A stretch of 64,000 nucleotides of DNA, taken from the NCBI GenBank assembly GCA_964270895.1, contig OZ185435.1, one strand, 5' to 3'. Positions within the stretch are counted from its first letter, which is position 1. Each line of letters starts with the position of its first letter. The notes below the pieces were generated by a model that saw only the letters and a program-made list of their open reading frames with translations, did not search any database and was not told where the DNA came from. This document shows, in pieces, positions 26,381 to 39,642 of the stretch. Origin of the DNA: Podarcis filfolensis (lineage: Eukaryota). Made by a program: the position numbers and the translations under genes.

Positions 26381-28158
26381 TAAAATGAATTTCTCACTGG
26401 TATCTCTCAGCCCATGCATTTAGCACACATATCTGGCTCTAGAGGATGCAATTGTAGAGTGGATGTGAGGTGCAAGGAACTTATGTACATGTGTGCTGGA
26501 ATTGTCCTACAAGTCTTTTCTTATTGGTTTCTGATTTTCCAAGAAATAGCAATCATCACAAACAATAATGGACATTTGTATCTGCAACTGGCACTTCTCA
26601 ATGTGCGGGAGGGTGAAAATGAAGATGTAAAGTGCAAGCCTTTTTTTTTTTTTACTGTTGGTGACTAGTTTGGAGACTGGCAGATACCTCAACTTTTGAT
26701 GCATTGCTGCATAGACTCCGTGGTGGAAACATTAACTTAAAACTTGCCAGAGGAAAAGCTAAAGCAATGGACTTCTTTGCAGTCTGACATCTGTTCTTGG
26801 AGTATATCAAGTCAAATAAACAGAAGCTTTTTCTCCCAGCTCCAGTTCTGGGATAAAGCCTGACTTTCTGCTGAACAGACAATAGTAAACATTTTTCTCC
26901 TGGGTAGCCCAAAGCATGGCATGCATGTTTCTTTCCCCAAACTATGTGTACGAAGTAGTGTAGGAGAAGAGAGAGGTGTGGTGGGAGGGTTGTTGCCTTT
27001 TGGGGGGATCCTTATTTTTTTGTTCCTGACATGTTCTGAATGTTGGGTGTACCTAAATTTTTGCATCAGTACTATTTCTTATCTGTGATATGTTGTTGTT
27101 GTTTTAAAAAGGAACAAAATCCTGTAATTTCTAGTTCCCTTAAGATAATACAGATATTTTTGCTTCTCTCATCTGTTGAGTTCTCCTGTGCCTGTTCTCT
27201 GTATTTTGCTCGTCTGCTTTCAGCAGAACTGTACAGGGATTGCTTCCTTTTATATATATTTTATCAGTCATAAGTCAGAGATGACTGGAGTTGTAACAAG
27301 GGATGCATGGTTCTGTCTATAGCTGGTCCATAACAATTCTGCACGTGTTATTTCATAAACCCAATCTGTCCTGCATTTATTTCCAATTATTTAAATTTAC
27401 ACACACACCAACAAAAAATGCATATATCAATATTTAATTATGTATGGAGACCTGTGATACATAGACTTGGGACAGAATACTAGTCTTGCTCTGATTTAGT
27501 CAAATTCTATCCTAAAATAAAAAGGAGACTGTTCCTTTTGGGGAAAAGACTGCATTTTATAGATGCCCAGAACAAAATGCATCTATTCACCTGCAATTTG
27601 GCAGAATTTATTCAGTAAGTAGGGGCTAGTGTACCTTTAGATTTCATCCACTCCTGTTAAAAGAGGTATAGCCATTTTATTTGTGAGACAGTGTGTGAAA
27701 TATCTGCCAGAGATGGATGGGAATGAATCTAGTGTAATTGGAGTTATCACAGAAAGTCTGAGTTCTTTTCTACCTGAAAGAGTATAGTTAGTGATTATCC
27801 AGTGCTTACCTGGCCATTGCAAGAGTGTTAACTGGTGCTCTAATCAAGGTTTGAATTTGCTCATTAGCAACAAGTGAGACCAAGAGCAAAGCATAATCTG
27901 TTATAAAAACCACAGATTTAAGATTTTAACAAAATCAAATCATTCAGTTTATTCGTATAGAATATGTATAATAATGTGAAAATGCAAGAAAATAAAGGAA
28001 CTTACAGCAATTCAGTAGAGCACCTTTGAAAAGTGGCATGAGAATAGGATAATTCCATTGACAAACCTCTCTAGACTAGAGTTTGCTATTACCTATCATA
28101 ATTGAAGATTTGGCCTTCTAACTTGCTCAAGGCCATCTAGTTGTGAAATAGAATTTCC

Positions 28159-28415
28159 AAGAAGAAGAAAAAGAAGAGTTTGGATTTGATATCCCGCTTT
28201 ATCACTACCCGAAGGAGTCTCAAAGTGGCTAACATTCTCCTTTCTCTTCCTCCCCCACAACAAACACCCTGTGAGGTGAGTGGGGCTGAGAGACTTCAAA
28301 GAAGTGTGATTTTCCCAAGGTCACCCAGCAGCTGCGTGTGGAGGAGCGGAGACGGGAACCCGGTTCCCCAGATTATGAGACTACCGCTCTTAACCACTAC
28401 ACCACACTGGCTCTC
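28159..28415 (-). mobile_element. tRNA-derived CORE/MIR-like SINE with L2-type tail (Squam3-like)
   Basis: The reverse complement starts GAGAGCCAGTGTGGTGTAGTGGTTAAGAG, contains GGGTGACCTTGGG and CACCTCACAGGGTGTTTGTTGTG, and ends AAAGCGGGATATCAAATCC plus (TCT)n. The family name is from recall. Confidence 0.8.
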
Positions 28416-29439
28416 TCCAAGTACCCTGGCGCATTAGATTTTGGAATAAAGTTCATAGTTACGCATCCAGCGTTGTGGGTCAGGATCCTGTGGCCTTCAG
28501 CTAGGTGAAAGCAAATGAAGCAAAGTTGAATAGACAGCAGAGAGAGATTAGAAATGATTCTTTTAACACCTTTCATGTTAATAATGAATTGCATCAGGAA
28601 ATTGGAATTTTCAAGATTACATCTTACAAGGTAGGAGTAACTGGAACCCTTTCATCTTCAGCATTTCTCTGCCTAGGGTATTATTATTATTATTATTTTA
28701 TCTATGTCCCACCCATCTGGACAGGCACCCTGACACTTTCCAAGACAGTTCAATAATGATTCTACATTTGTTTAGGTGTCATGTCTGTTGCCGTTTTTAC
28801 ATTCCTTAAAATCTCATTATGCTGATGGCATGGTATTTCCTTCTAACCTTATCATCATCCAAGATGTCAAGGTCTCACATGACTGTCACTGAGAATCAGC
28901 AGATAGTTCCGAGCCGCTTGCACCAAAGTGGCACAGAATTGAATTTTTCCATTCTTGTCATTAACGTTAGTTCCACCTGCTTGCTCTACTTTCCCCCGAA
29001 GTTTGCTGTAGTTGGAGGTTCTGGAGGCCTAGCAGGGCCCAGTTTTAAAGGGAACCGACTTGTGAATGTTTCTAAATATTTGTTACCAAGAGTAACATCA
29101 AGGCTAAGATAGTAGATCTCTTTTTGTTTGGAAGAGAACAGCATTGTTAGCAGGTCAAATTTATAACACAGGCGATGGTGGAAGTGCATGGAAAGTTCCA
29201 TCACTAGAACTGACGTAGCCAGATCAGCTACCACTTTTTCATCAATAATCCTCATGGTCTTCTGGAGACATGACAATAGAAGCAGACATAAAATAGGGTA
29301 ACTCCCAGCTATGGCTGAACAGCAGGAGCAGTCCTTCCACCATCCCTGCTATATTTCTCAGTTACATGGCAAACACCTCTGAGAACCACAGCTGAAAGCA
29401 GAGGTTGTGGGGGAGAAACAGGGAGGGAGAGGAAATAAG

Positions 29440-29828
29440 AGAGCCGGAAGGGACAGTGAGAGTCATCTAGTCTAACCCCCTGCAATGCAGAAATCTTTTG
29501 CCCAAGATGGGGCTCTCATGCTCTACCTCAGGCATAGAGTCTCATGCTCTACCCAGTGGCGGAGGAAGCCTCTTGGGTCCGCCATGGGGATTCTGGAGTC
29601 TGCCTGCCTCCTGCCACTCAGCTGCCCTACAGCTAGGGGGCAGACCGTTTGGACAGTGTGGAGCCTGCACACACCCAAGCCACCGCGTCTCTCCCAGAAA
29701 AGACATGTGTCTCAGGTGCGCTGCAGGCCCCGCAGTGAGTGCTGCCCGGCATTTTGTCACCCCCCTCAGTGGTGACACCCGGACCCCGCACCCCCCTTCC
29801 ACTGCCCCTGGCTCTACCAACTGAGCTA
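29440..29828 (-). mobile_element. tRNA-Lys-headed SINE with CR1 tail, interrupted by a hAT MITE
   Basis: The reverse complement reads TAGCTCAGTTGGTAGAGC[MITE]...ATGAGACTCT...GAGCCCCATCTTGGGC, then a CR1-like tail CTGCATTGCAGGGGGTTAGACTAGATGAC. Confidence 0.7.
29554..29810. mobile_element. hAT MITE, 257 bp, perfect 8-bp TSD
   Basis: TIRs CAGTGGCGGAGGAAG / CTTCCACTGCCCCTG; TSD GCTCTACC (29546-29553, 29811-29818). Confidence 0.9.
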
Positions 29829-30880
29829 ATGTATAGCTCTCCCCCTGACTGCTGCTTTCCCCCAAGCAGATTGCACTGCTCCCTCCCACATCACTTTGCA
29901 GACATTCCCTGTCAACCGGGGATCCCATATCCATTCTTAGCAGCTGAATTCCTTCTTTGGTCCTAAGCATGATATTTATCAGGCACTGCAAAAAAGCATT
30001 CAAAACTTTAGAATAATCATGGAAATGGTTTTGATTACAAAAATTTATCCCCTCCCCGCAAACCTTCCCTGGTATTATTATTCAGTTATAAATAAATCAT
30101 TCAAACCAAGAGAATGTATATGAATGTATCATATTGCTGAGAGGCATTTCAGCTTAACTTAAGTAGTGTGAGAAAGTTTCCGTCTGCCCTGCCCATGAAG
30201 AACAAATCCCATGGCATCATTATTTGAGAAAAGTATGCACTGGAAAATAATTTGGGTTTTTTTAAAAAAATACTTCAAAGAAGCATTGGAGAAGATCTTG
30301 ACAAGCAGTCTGAAAGGGTGTTGCTGCTTTTACCAGAAGATAGAACTAATCCATCTGTGATGCTATAACTATGAATAAATGAGGGTCCATATTATATAAA
30401 AGGGCCATTGGAACTAGACAAATAAACCCACTGCAGCAAATCACAAAGAGGAAGAAAATTAAAATGTACACACTCTCTCACACACCTTGGCATTTCTGTC
30501 TGAAAACTGCTTCTATTTTCTAAATGTCTTAATTATCAGACCAATTAGTCATCATACTGGGAGGGGGGGGGAGGAAATGAAGGTCACAAGTTAGCTCAGA
30601 TAAGGCATCCTTATTAATTATGGCACTTCCTGTGTTATAATTAGTCACATTTTAATCAAAGCCCATGACAAAAGAATGCCAGGTGTTCTCTTGTAAAACC
30701 GTGACATTAAAAAAATAGTATATTAATTTCCTGTTGGAAGCAGGACCTGTAACTTGCAAATACTAATTTTGCTGTTTTATTATAAAACATATAACCAGAC
30801 CTCTTTCTATTATTAGCTTCTTTCATTTGAGGTCTATATAACTTTGTCAGCAGCATCAAACGTGAGCAGGATCCTAATTC

Positions 30881-31369
30881 CACAGTTCAAGAAGGACACT
30901 GACAAACTGGAACGTGTCCAGAGGAGGGCAACCAAAATGGTCAAAGGCCTGGAAACGATGCCTTATGAGGAACGGCTAAGGGAGCTGGGCATGTTTAGCC
31001 TGGAGAAGAGGAGGTTAAGGGGTGATATGATAGCCATGTTCAAATATATAAAAGGATGTCACATAGAGGAGGGAGAAAGGTTGTTTTCTGCTGCTCCAAA
31101 GAAGCGGACATGGAGCAATGGATCCAAACTACAAGAAAGAAGATTCCACCTAAACATTAGGAAGAACTTCCTGACAGTAAGAGCTGTTCGACAGTGGAAT
31201 TTGCTGCCAAGGAGTGTGGTGGAGTCTCCTTCTTTGGAGGTCTTTAAGCAGAGGCTTGACAACCATATGTCAGGAGTGCTCTGATGGTGTTTCCTGAATG
31301 GCAGGGGGTTGGACTCGATGGCCCTTGTAGTCTCTTCCAACTCTATGCTTCTATGATTCTATGATTCTA
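30881..31369 (+). mobile_element. Young CR1 3' end
   Basis: Uninterrupted [25 protein letters not shown]...WNLLPRSVV and a (TTCTATGA)n tail. Probable TSD CTAATTC (30874-30880 / 31367-31373). Confidence 0.95.
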
Positions 31370-31811
31370 ATTCAAAAATACATGTGATTGGATATTGAGT
31401 TATGCTGCTTTATCTGGTGTTTTGCCTTTGAAAAATATTTGATCTGAACAATCAGGATATGCTGAAGGTAGTATCCTAGGATTTCAAGCTACTCCTCCAT
31501 TCACATGGGGAGGGAGGGGTTTTTTGCCAATTGCCTCTTCCAAATTCAGCTCCCTCCCACACCATCCCAAGGTTTCCCCCAATCCCCAGAAGCATTTTTT
31601 CAGGGAGTACTGGGGAACTGCAGTGGGACAACGGTATCCCATAACTCAAAAGGATCCAAGCAGTACATATTATCCAAGCAGTACATATTTTTAAATAAAA
31701 GTGGTGAAAGGCATAATCCTAAATCTGTATATAGTCAGTTACCAAAGGGAAACTTTTACACCTTGATTTTAAACTTTTCTACAAACACCTGTTTGTCTCC
31801 TTGAACGGCAC

Positions 31812-32545
31812 TGTGAGAAGGGGTCAGGAGGAATCCTTTCCAACATGGCAAGGTGCCATCTATCTAACTGGAAGTGACACATTGCAAAGAAAGCAGGCCA
31901 CTCTGCCCAACAGTGAATAAAGGCAGGGTGAAAGACACACTGGGTTTGAGTCTCTGCCACCAAGAAAGAGAAAGAAAACTGGGAGCTAACAAATCAGCAT
32001 ACAAGAATTGAAGCAGGAGTGAAAGAGGCAGCAGCAGAGAGAGTGAGGATGAATGGAAGCCTGTAAAAGAGTGTGAGCACATGAAGCTGCAATCAGAGCC
32101 TCATCTAAGGGTGGGGAGACTGGAATAGAGGACACAAAGGGAGTGTAAATGTGTGAGCGAGCATGAAATGGGGAAGAACAAGCAGAGAGCCAGGTAGCAC
32201 ACAGGCAAAAACCTTGGAAAGCAAAAGGAGGCAGGAGTAAGCTATGGACTAGAGCAGAACAGGGAGAAAGAGGATCGCCTGTGGTGAATTAAGAGAGGAT
32301 AGGTTACTGCTGAGCAAGCATTACCAAAGGGGAAAGAAACAGATCAGAGAGGAAGGTTTGCAAACTTAGGGGGAAGCATAACCCAGGGCTGGTGATGTGG
32401 TAAGAATAAAAGCAAACAGGCATAAGGGGATGCCTACTGATGGAAAGAACCTCCACCTCAAAGTGGGGCAGGGCTCACCAGATGGTTATGGCCATAAGAG
32501 ACATGCTGGAATTTGGGACCCACAAGAAGGGTAAGAAGCATAACA
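31812..32545 (+). mobile_element. Possible solo LTR
   Basis: TGTGAG...ATAACA ends, strongly purine-rich, AATAAA at about 32405; no TSD found. Confidence 0.35.
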
Positions 32546-34528
32546 TTCTGTGGTCTGTTTATTGCAGAATTGCCAAGTCTTAAGAGAGAGGATAGAGCAA
32601 ATTTGGGACATGATGCAGGGCAAGATTCATATGCCTCATCTATGTGTATTGCAGTACAATTTGTGGCAATCTGGGTTTTAATGGTAATAATCTGACCTGT
32701 ATTCTTGTATTTGAAATATGAGCTACAATTCCCAGAGTACCCTGGGACTGCTAAACCACTCTGAGAATTGTAGCTTTGTGAGAGGAATAGGGATCTCCCC
32801 AAAACTCTCAGGCCCCTTAAAAAGCTACACTTCCAGATATTATTTGCAGGAAGGCATGACTTCTTAAAGTCATATGATACTGCTTTAAATGTGTAGTGCA
32901 TTTAAACAATTTGTCCATTGTTTGGTATGTTCTGCTTTGCACAAAATATTTTCTAAATGAGTATCCAATTACTTAACTCCACTGTCAGAGGCAATATGCC
33001 TCTGAATACCAGTTGCTGGGAATCCCAAGTGGGGCGAGTGGTGCTGCATTCCAGTCCTGCTTGCAGGTTTTCTGTTGGCACCTGGTTGGCCGCTGTGAAA
33101 ATAGGATGCTAGACTAAATGGACCTGACCCAGCAGAGTCTTTTTAATATAATTTTTTTCCTGTTTAATTCCTCTTTCACTTCTGTTTCAGTTCCAACCCA
33201 AATACTGTAGTTTGTTGTCCCCATTCTTTAAATTATCCTCCCTTCCAGCTCATATCCCACAATGGAGCCATGGCAATCTGCTTTTCTGTATTTTTGAGAA
33301 CTGCCCAAGGCAACATATTTTCAAAATGTTGGTGCCCCTTTTTCAAACAAATAGTTCTTTTATCCCCCCACCTTTCCAACCACCTTTTGCCCAAATGAAT
33401 GCTGGATAGCTAAAGATTCCCCCTTGTGCAGTATCCTTGCTCCCCAACAAACTAGGGAAAGATAAAAGATAAAATAGCATATCTTTTTTCTGCTGCAGCA
33501 GTTCTCAGATGAACCCAAAATGAGCAAGCAGCCTGGCCGTCTCCCAGCTATAGAGACACTGGCCAGAGTTGGAGATTGTTCTCTGAGAGAGGAAGGCCTG
33601 ATCTTGCTCAGCAGCAATTGATCCCAGATGTCATTACCCAATGTCATCCACTTCTGACCCAACCTGTCAAGGTGTCTCAGCTCCCTCACTGGTTGGTTGA
33701 GCTTCATCCAGGCAAAGCACTGCTGGTAAACCATTCTCCCTATTCATAGATTTTCATTATTGTGCCAGCAGCAGATTGATTAGCTCTCTAGAGCTCTCAG
33801 GTGTACCTGAACTCAAGGGGAAGGATTCTAAGAGAATACTGTATAACTTTAGCTACACGCATTTCCTGGCATCTTCATCATGATTTAAATTATGTTTCAT
33901 TTCTGCAGATAACTGAAAGTTCAGGCACTGGCAGTCCAATTCCTATGTGTTTATACAGATGTGCCTCACTGAGGGTTGCACCAGAGTAAGCATGTTCAGG
34001 ATTGCAGCAGTTAGCCTGCAACTTGCAAGCATTTAATTTGTGTGCATTTAGCTCTATGCACTTGGCAAATAAATAAATGAATGAAAAGGGGGCAGAAAGG
34101 GGACGGGCATCCAGGAAAAAAGACTTTGGCAATCCCACCCGCTATTGAACCCACTGTGTCTTGACTATACATGATTTTGGCTTTAGGCACGACCCCTGGA
34201 ATGTAACCCCCATGTAAGTTACAAGCCTACTGTAATCACATAATTTTGTTTGTGCAATACACACTGTCAGGTTTGAAAGCAATGGGCAAATAAAGGAAGG
34301 AAATTCAGTAGTGATGACATATGAAGTACAGGCAGCGACCATTTTGCGCACATCCAATTGACGCATGACTGCTGACTGCAGAACACGGGAGTAACAGGGC
34401 AGGGCAGGTTTATGTGTGCTCTGCCAACGTGAGCGGGGGCCAGGATTGGAACCCCCACGCAAAATGGTCACCGCCTGTATCTGCAGATCTGCCCAGCTTC
34501 TGGGTGCATCAACTCTAATAATGTAGTG

Positions 34529-34663
34529 CAGGGCCGTAACTGGGGGTGATGAGTAAGGCCCCCAGGGGCGCAGACGAGGGGCGCATGCAAAATTGACTTA
34601 AAAATATGTTGATAAATATGGACGGTTCTGCCAGGGGCGCAAGATCACCTAGCTACAGCTCTG
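34529..34663. mobile_element. hAT-type MITE
   Basis: CAGGGCCGTAACT...AGCTACAGCTCTG imperfect TIRs; TSD ATGTAGTG / ATGTAGGG. Confidence 0.75.
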
Positions 34664-34839
34664 ATGTAGGGGCATTTCCAGATGAACTGTTTATTGAGGA
34701 TTCATTCTGCTTAGATGGCATTGTGTCAAAACAGCTGTTACCCCACACTTTTCAGTGCATTTTCCTGTCACTTTCATTACTGCAAAAAGTCAGATCCTTG
34801 GGGGAAGGAAGTTTGTTGTGCAAAATTGTTGGCATCTGT

Positions 34840-35335
34840 CTCGATGCCATCTGGAAGAGTGTGCCTTTTGGGTGTGAAGTCAAACCATTGGGGAGGTACA
34901 GCACCTGCTGTGGCTGTAGAGACCAATATATGAGAGACAGATGTTTTGTTGCAGCCAGCGGTGGAGGAAGCCGCTCAGGCAACTGGGGCGGTGCCAGCCA
35001 CACATAGGGGAGGGAATCTGCCTGTCTCCTCCCACTCAACCACCCTACAGCTGGGGTGGAGGCGGCAGGCAGACCATTTGGGCAGTGCGGAGTCTGCACG
35101 CACTAGTTGCAGCTCGGGCAGATTAAGGTGTCTGATTGTGCAGATGCACCATGGTGGTTCTTTTTTGTGTGCTTCTCCTAGCAGTCATTCCTCGTCTGGT
35201 CACTGGTGTGGATACATTGATTGCAGTGGATACCTGATTGTGGATACCTGATTGCAGTCGTCTGCAAGGGATTCCCACACAGTGAGGTTAAAGTTGCCAA
35301 CATTCATATCACATCTGTAGACATCAACACAGAAT
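34840..35335 (-). mobile_element. RTE-clade LINE 3' fragment, interrupted by a MITE
   Basis: Colinear similarity to 51290-51570 (GAAGTCAAACCATTG, TGTTTTGTTGCAGC, CAGTCATTCCTC, TCTGCAAGGGATTCC). Confidence 0.75.
34956..35105. mobile_element. hAT MITE, shorter relative of 29554-29810
   Basis: Starts CAGCGGTGGAGGAAGCC and shares the internal sequence; perfect TSD GTTGCAGC (34948-34955, 35106-35113). Confidence 0.85.
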
Positions 35336-37200
35336 TGATTGAATCCCACCTGAAAATAGCAACAGTCTGGACAGGTCTAAAGATACACCTGTGACCCAAA
35401 GGTTCCTTCTGCCATGTCCATATGCTTCAAATGCATGCTTGTCCTGAGGGCTTTTGCATCCCTTGCTTTCTCGCTTCCACCCTCATTTTTTTCACATGGT
35501 CAATTTCTTTGTGAGAAGGAAGTGCTAGAAATGTGAAATGCTTTTTGCAAGCCTGCTTTATTTGCAAATATGCATACTGAGTTGCAGGGCAGGGGAAAAT
35601 ATGGGCATTTTTTTTTTATTTTAAAAAGGTGCTTAAAACTTCACTTTCACTATATCTTTTAAATTTTCAAATGTACAGACCATATAAGCCTCCCTTATAT
35701 TGTGGTTGAATGTTTATTGTATTTGAGTGAATTACAATTCAGCTGTACTTGTTTTAGCAATTACAACTGGATTTCTTTTCCTTCTAAAGAGAAAAAAATG
35801 CAAGTATAAGAGCGTGTCAGAAAGCAACATTAATTAGCATTAACAAAATGGGGCTTTTATTTACATATTTAGTAGAGTTGTTACCTAGACATGAAAGGCA
35901 ATGTAAGCTATTAACATCTTTACCCTATGACAGTTACCTGACTGGGGAAATGAAATGTCTCTTTTGTATTACTATTCTATTTTTCTTTTGCTGTTAGTCA
36001 CTCCAAATTTTGCAGAACTAGTTGAGGTATAACTATACTAAATTCAAAAGAAAATATGTGGTTATTTGCCATGATGGTTCTTGTTGACTGTGTGTTCATT
36101 TTTTCAGATGTATCATTTTCAGAAAAGGAAGAAGTTTGTAGAGTTTATTCTTACCAATAAATGTTTTCCTTGAGAGTATCAGGTAACAGCAACTTGAATA
36201 CCCACCACGAGGCTAAATGTTACTTGGAAGGCTATATATGCTATTACTATTTTTTACTGTGTGACAGGTACTTGAGCTTCTTGAATTCACAGCAATAAAT
36301 GAAATAAATGTATCCATTGCATTACTGGTCCATTGAGCCAATTAGTCATTTTACCTCACTTGGATAATGGAGATAAAATTCTATTAATGGTTTACTGAGA
36401 CAGCTAGTATTGTGACTTCATTGGCTTTGCACCAGTGAAACAGAAGTAAAATCTTGGATCCTATTATTGACCTTTTGAGCTAGCCAAATAGACTATCTGC
36501 AATAGATAGCACATTTTAAAATAAAAGGAATTGCTGCAAAAAAAAAAGCCACAGGCACTGTAAAATACTGAGTTAAGGAATTAATATCAGGCAGATGTTT
36601 TAAATCTTCTTAAGTGTTTGCCTCAGATAATTTTCAGACAATTTCTTTTTAAAGCATCCCTGCCACATATACAACACTTTAATCTCCAGGATTATACTAA
36701 ACCTCATTAATCTAATGCAAATATTCTCTAGTTTTAGTTCCCATCATTTGTTTATGATGATTAGAATTTTTCTGTGTACATTAATTACACTCCAACATGG
36801 CTATAATTATGATTCCAAATCCTGTATTCATGTTATATAGAGCAACCAATAGTCTGCTCTCTGGAAAAAATCAATCAGGAAAATAAGTTTTATGGCATTC
36901 TGCTTTGCAACAAAAGGTTTTGACCACAGTCCACATTTTTGAAAGAAAGCTTGACCTTTGTGGCTGAGAACCAGCAGAACCTACATTGCTTCTGCAGGGG
37001 CAAGTCCTGTCTCACAAACCCATTAGAGCTATTTGAGAGTGTCAACAAGCATGTACTGTAGATAGATGTGTACTTGGAACTTTCAGCAAGCTTTTGACAA
37101 GGTCCCTCACCAAAGACTCCTTAGTAAGCCTAGCACTCCTGGAATTAGAGGAGAGGTTCTCTTGTGGATCAGGAATTGGTTAAGTAACATGAAGCACAGA

Positions 37201-37768
37201 TGTCATGGACTGGCTGGCTGGATGCCAAGGAATGGTGGGAGGCGCCAGCTGGGGAACCCCCAAGGGAAGAAGGTTTAGAGTTTGGGGGCTGGTGGTGACA
37301 ATGAGTGGTCAGAGGGAGAAGAGGGAGCAGACTGGGAGAGGTAGGTTTTGGAAGCAGAAGAGGTAACTGGGTTTACTGAGCAGGAAGAGTCTGTCAGGAA
37401 GCAATCCAGAAGCAGGAGCAGGGGAGGCGGGAGGCCAAGAGGCAGAGATGAGTCAGGCAGCTGAAGAAGCCAGGGGGTCTCCTAGAACGAGAACCAGAAG
37501 AGGTATGAAGAGGAAGGAGCAGAGACAGGCATGGCGACGCAGTCTCAGATTGCTTGGGAAGGACATGAGGGAGGAGGAGACTTAGAGACTTAGACAACTA
37601 TGGGAAGGTGGGGGATCTTCAGTCCCAACTGCCTCATAGAGACAAAATCTACTGGGATGAATTGCTGTGCTCACTAGGCCTGACCTCCTGGGTTGAACTT
37701 GTTACCTTGAATAAAGCGTCAACTTCACTGATGCCATGTGATTTACTGCCGACCTGCTCCTGATAACA
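37201..37768 (+). mobile_element. Probable solo LTR inserted in CR1
   Basis: TGTCA...ATAACA ends, purine-rich body and AATAAA at about 37710; CR1 resumes directly afterwards. Confidence 0.7.
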
Positions 37769-38170
37769 GAGTAGAAATTGCTCTTGAGATCTGTGCTTTT
37801 GAACCTGTTAGGAGTGAGCAGTGAGGTGGCCAGGTTTGTTGGTGATAGTAAGGGTGGATCCACACACAGGAAAACCCCCGCTATAAATAAGTCAGAAATT
37901 AAATCATTATAACAAAAGGGGAAAAAATGCTATTTAAAAATTGCATAGAAATTTCTTTTGCTCTCTAGTGCCATCTGATGTTGCATTTTATTTTATTTTT
38001 TGGTGTTACATGTTTTTAACAAAAGTTAATTATTTTTTAACTAATGTACCTGAGTCCTAAATTGTTCAGGGTGCTAAAAACAAAAAGAGATTGTGAAGAT
38101 CCTATAGCGGACCCGATCACTTAATACCACCAATTAATAATACAGCGGATCCACTCCAGCTAACTGACCC

Positions 38171-38412
38171 CAATGGTACATCGGGTTACATACGTTTCAG
38201 GTTACATACGCTTCAGGTTACAGACTCTGCTAACCCAGAAATATTACCTCGGGTTAAGAACTTTGCTTCAGGATAAGAACAGAAATCATGCAGCTGCGGC
38301 GCAGCAGCAATAGGAGGCCCCATTAGCTAAAGTGGTGCTTCAGGTTAAGAACAGTTTCAGGTTAAGAACAGACCTCCATAATGAATTAAGTTCTTAACCC
38401 AAGGTACCACTG
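38171..38412. mobile_element. Tc1/mariner MITE, same family as 11582-11806
   Basis: Near-identical body and right TIR; the left TIR is slightly mutated. Confidence 0.9.
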
Positions 38413-38970
38413 TATAGTGCACCCACCTCACGGTACACCAATTACATGAATTTCTACAATTTACCACAGAATATCCAGTGGGGGACTTGTGTGAGGGAAA
38501 ACTTAATGATTTAGAGTCTCAGGCAGCAGTTGATCAAACAAACAAGAAAAGTTTTATTAAACAAAAGGAAGTTTATGAAGCAAAGTGGGTTCTTTCAGAT
38601 AGAAGTTAACTTATTTACTTTAACTAACTATAAGACGTTTCAGGCTTAAACAAAATATTATAGGCACAACTCTTCTTAAACTTCAGTTACTGAAAATCAG
38701 TTGGGACGCTTCAGGTACAGTAGATAAATATCAAGTTTCCAGAATAGATGGTAAAATGTTCAATTCAGTTTCTGTCACTTAGATATTACAATTAAATACT
38801 TTCAACACCATACCGCTTCCTTCACAGCTTAATACTTTGGTTCATGTGCAACGGACACTTTTCTTCAGTTACCCACTCTCTTAACCATCCCACACCTGAG
38901 GTCTTCTAAATGGTATAATAGACCCAGGAGATCACCTCACCCCTTGTTGCTGGTTGGGAGTCTTCAGTAC

Positions 38971-39308
38971 TGAAATATACTCGGAGTCAAGAGTGGATTT
39001 CATGCTCTTTATTCAGCTCATAGTGGTGAGGAGGAATGGAAGTCCCCCCAGAATGTCTGCTTTATATACATTATTTACACAATGGGCCCCACGTGATTGG
39101 CTAATTCTGGGATTCACCTGTAGGCCAATCTGGTTGCAGATTCACTTCCACCTGGAGCTGGATTGGGTGGCTCCTGTGGACCAATCAGACTGCTGCATTC
39201 TGGACCCTATTGTTCTAGGACCAATCAGACTGCTGCATTCTGAATCCTATTGTTATAGGACCAATCAGACTGCTGCCTTTTGGATCCTATTCAACTCAGT
39301 ACATAACA
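38971..39308 (-). mobile_element. Young solo LTR, 338 bp
   Basis: TG...CA ends and a perfect 5-bp TSD AGTAC (38966-38970, 39309-39313). On the minus strand: CCAAT repeats, CACGTG, TATATAAAG and AATAAA in LTR order. Confidence 0.9.
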
Positions 39309-39642
39309 AGTACCTAGAGGAACTCTGCCCTCCTGGCTATACTGACACCCAGGTAGCCTAAATTCCCACAGGATCTACCTCTCCTGGCTCAGATGCAGCA
39401 CTCCCAGGACACTCCTGTCTATATACCTTTCCCAGACCCTCAGCCCAGTCTCCCTATCCAAGCTATAAGGCTCTGTCCTCTCGCTATGGATAGTCTTCTT
39501 AGTGTGTATGTGAGTGAGATAGGGAGAACCGGTTCTGTCTCCCAACCTGAAACCTGTCTGACATCTCAAATCAAATCCTATCCATCTTCTCAAATCCAAC
39601 CTTATCTCTCAAAACCAAACCCTATCTCTCAACCTGAACCTT

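Noticed and set aside
36109-36183. Exon-like segment with good acceptor and CAG|GTAACA donor
   Set aside because: Stops in all three frames and no linked promoter or partner exon; at most a non-coding exon.
39178-39297. Three 40-bp direct repeats as a CRISPR-like array
   Set aside because: Tandem units without unique spacers, inside a vertebrate LTR.
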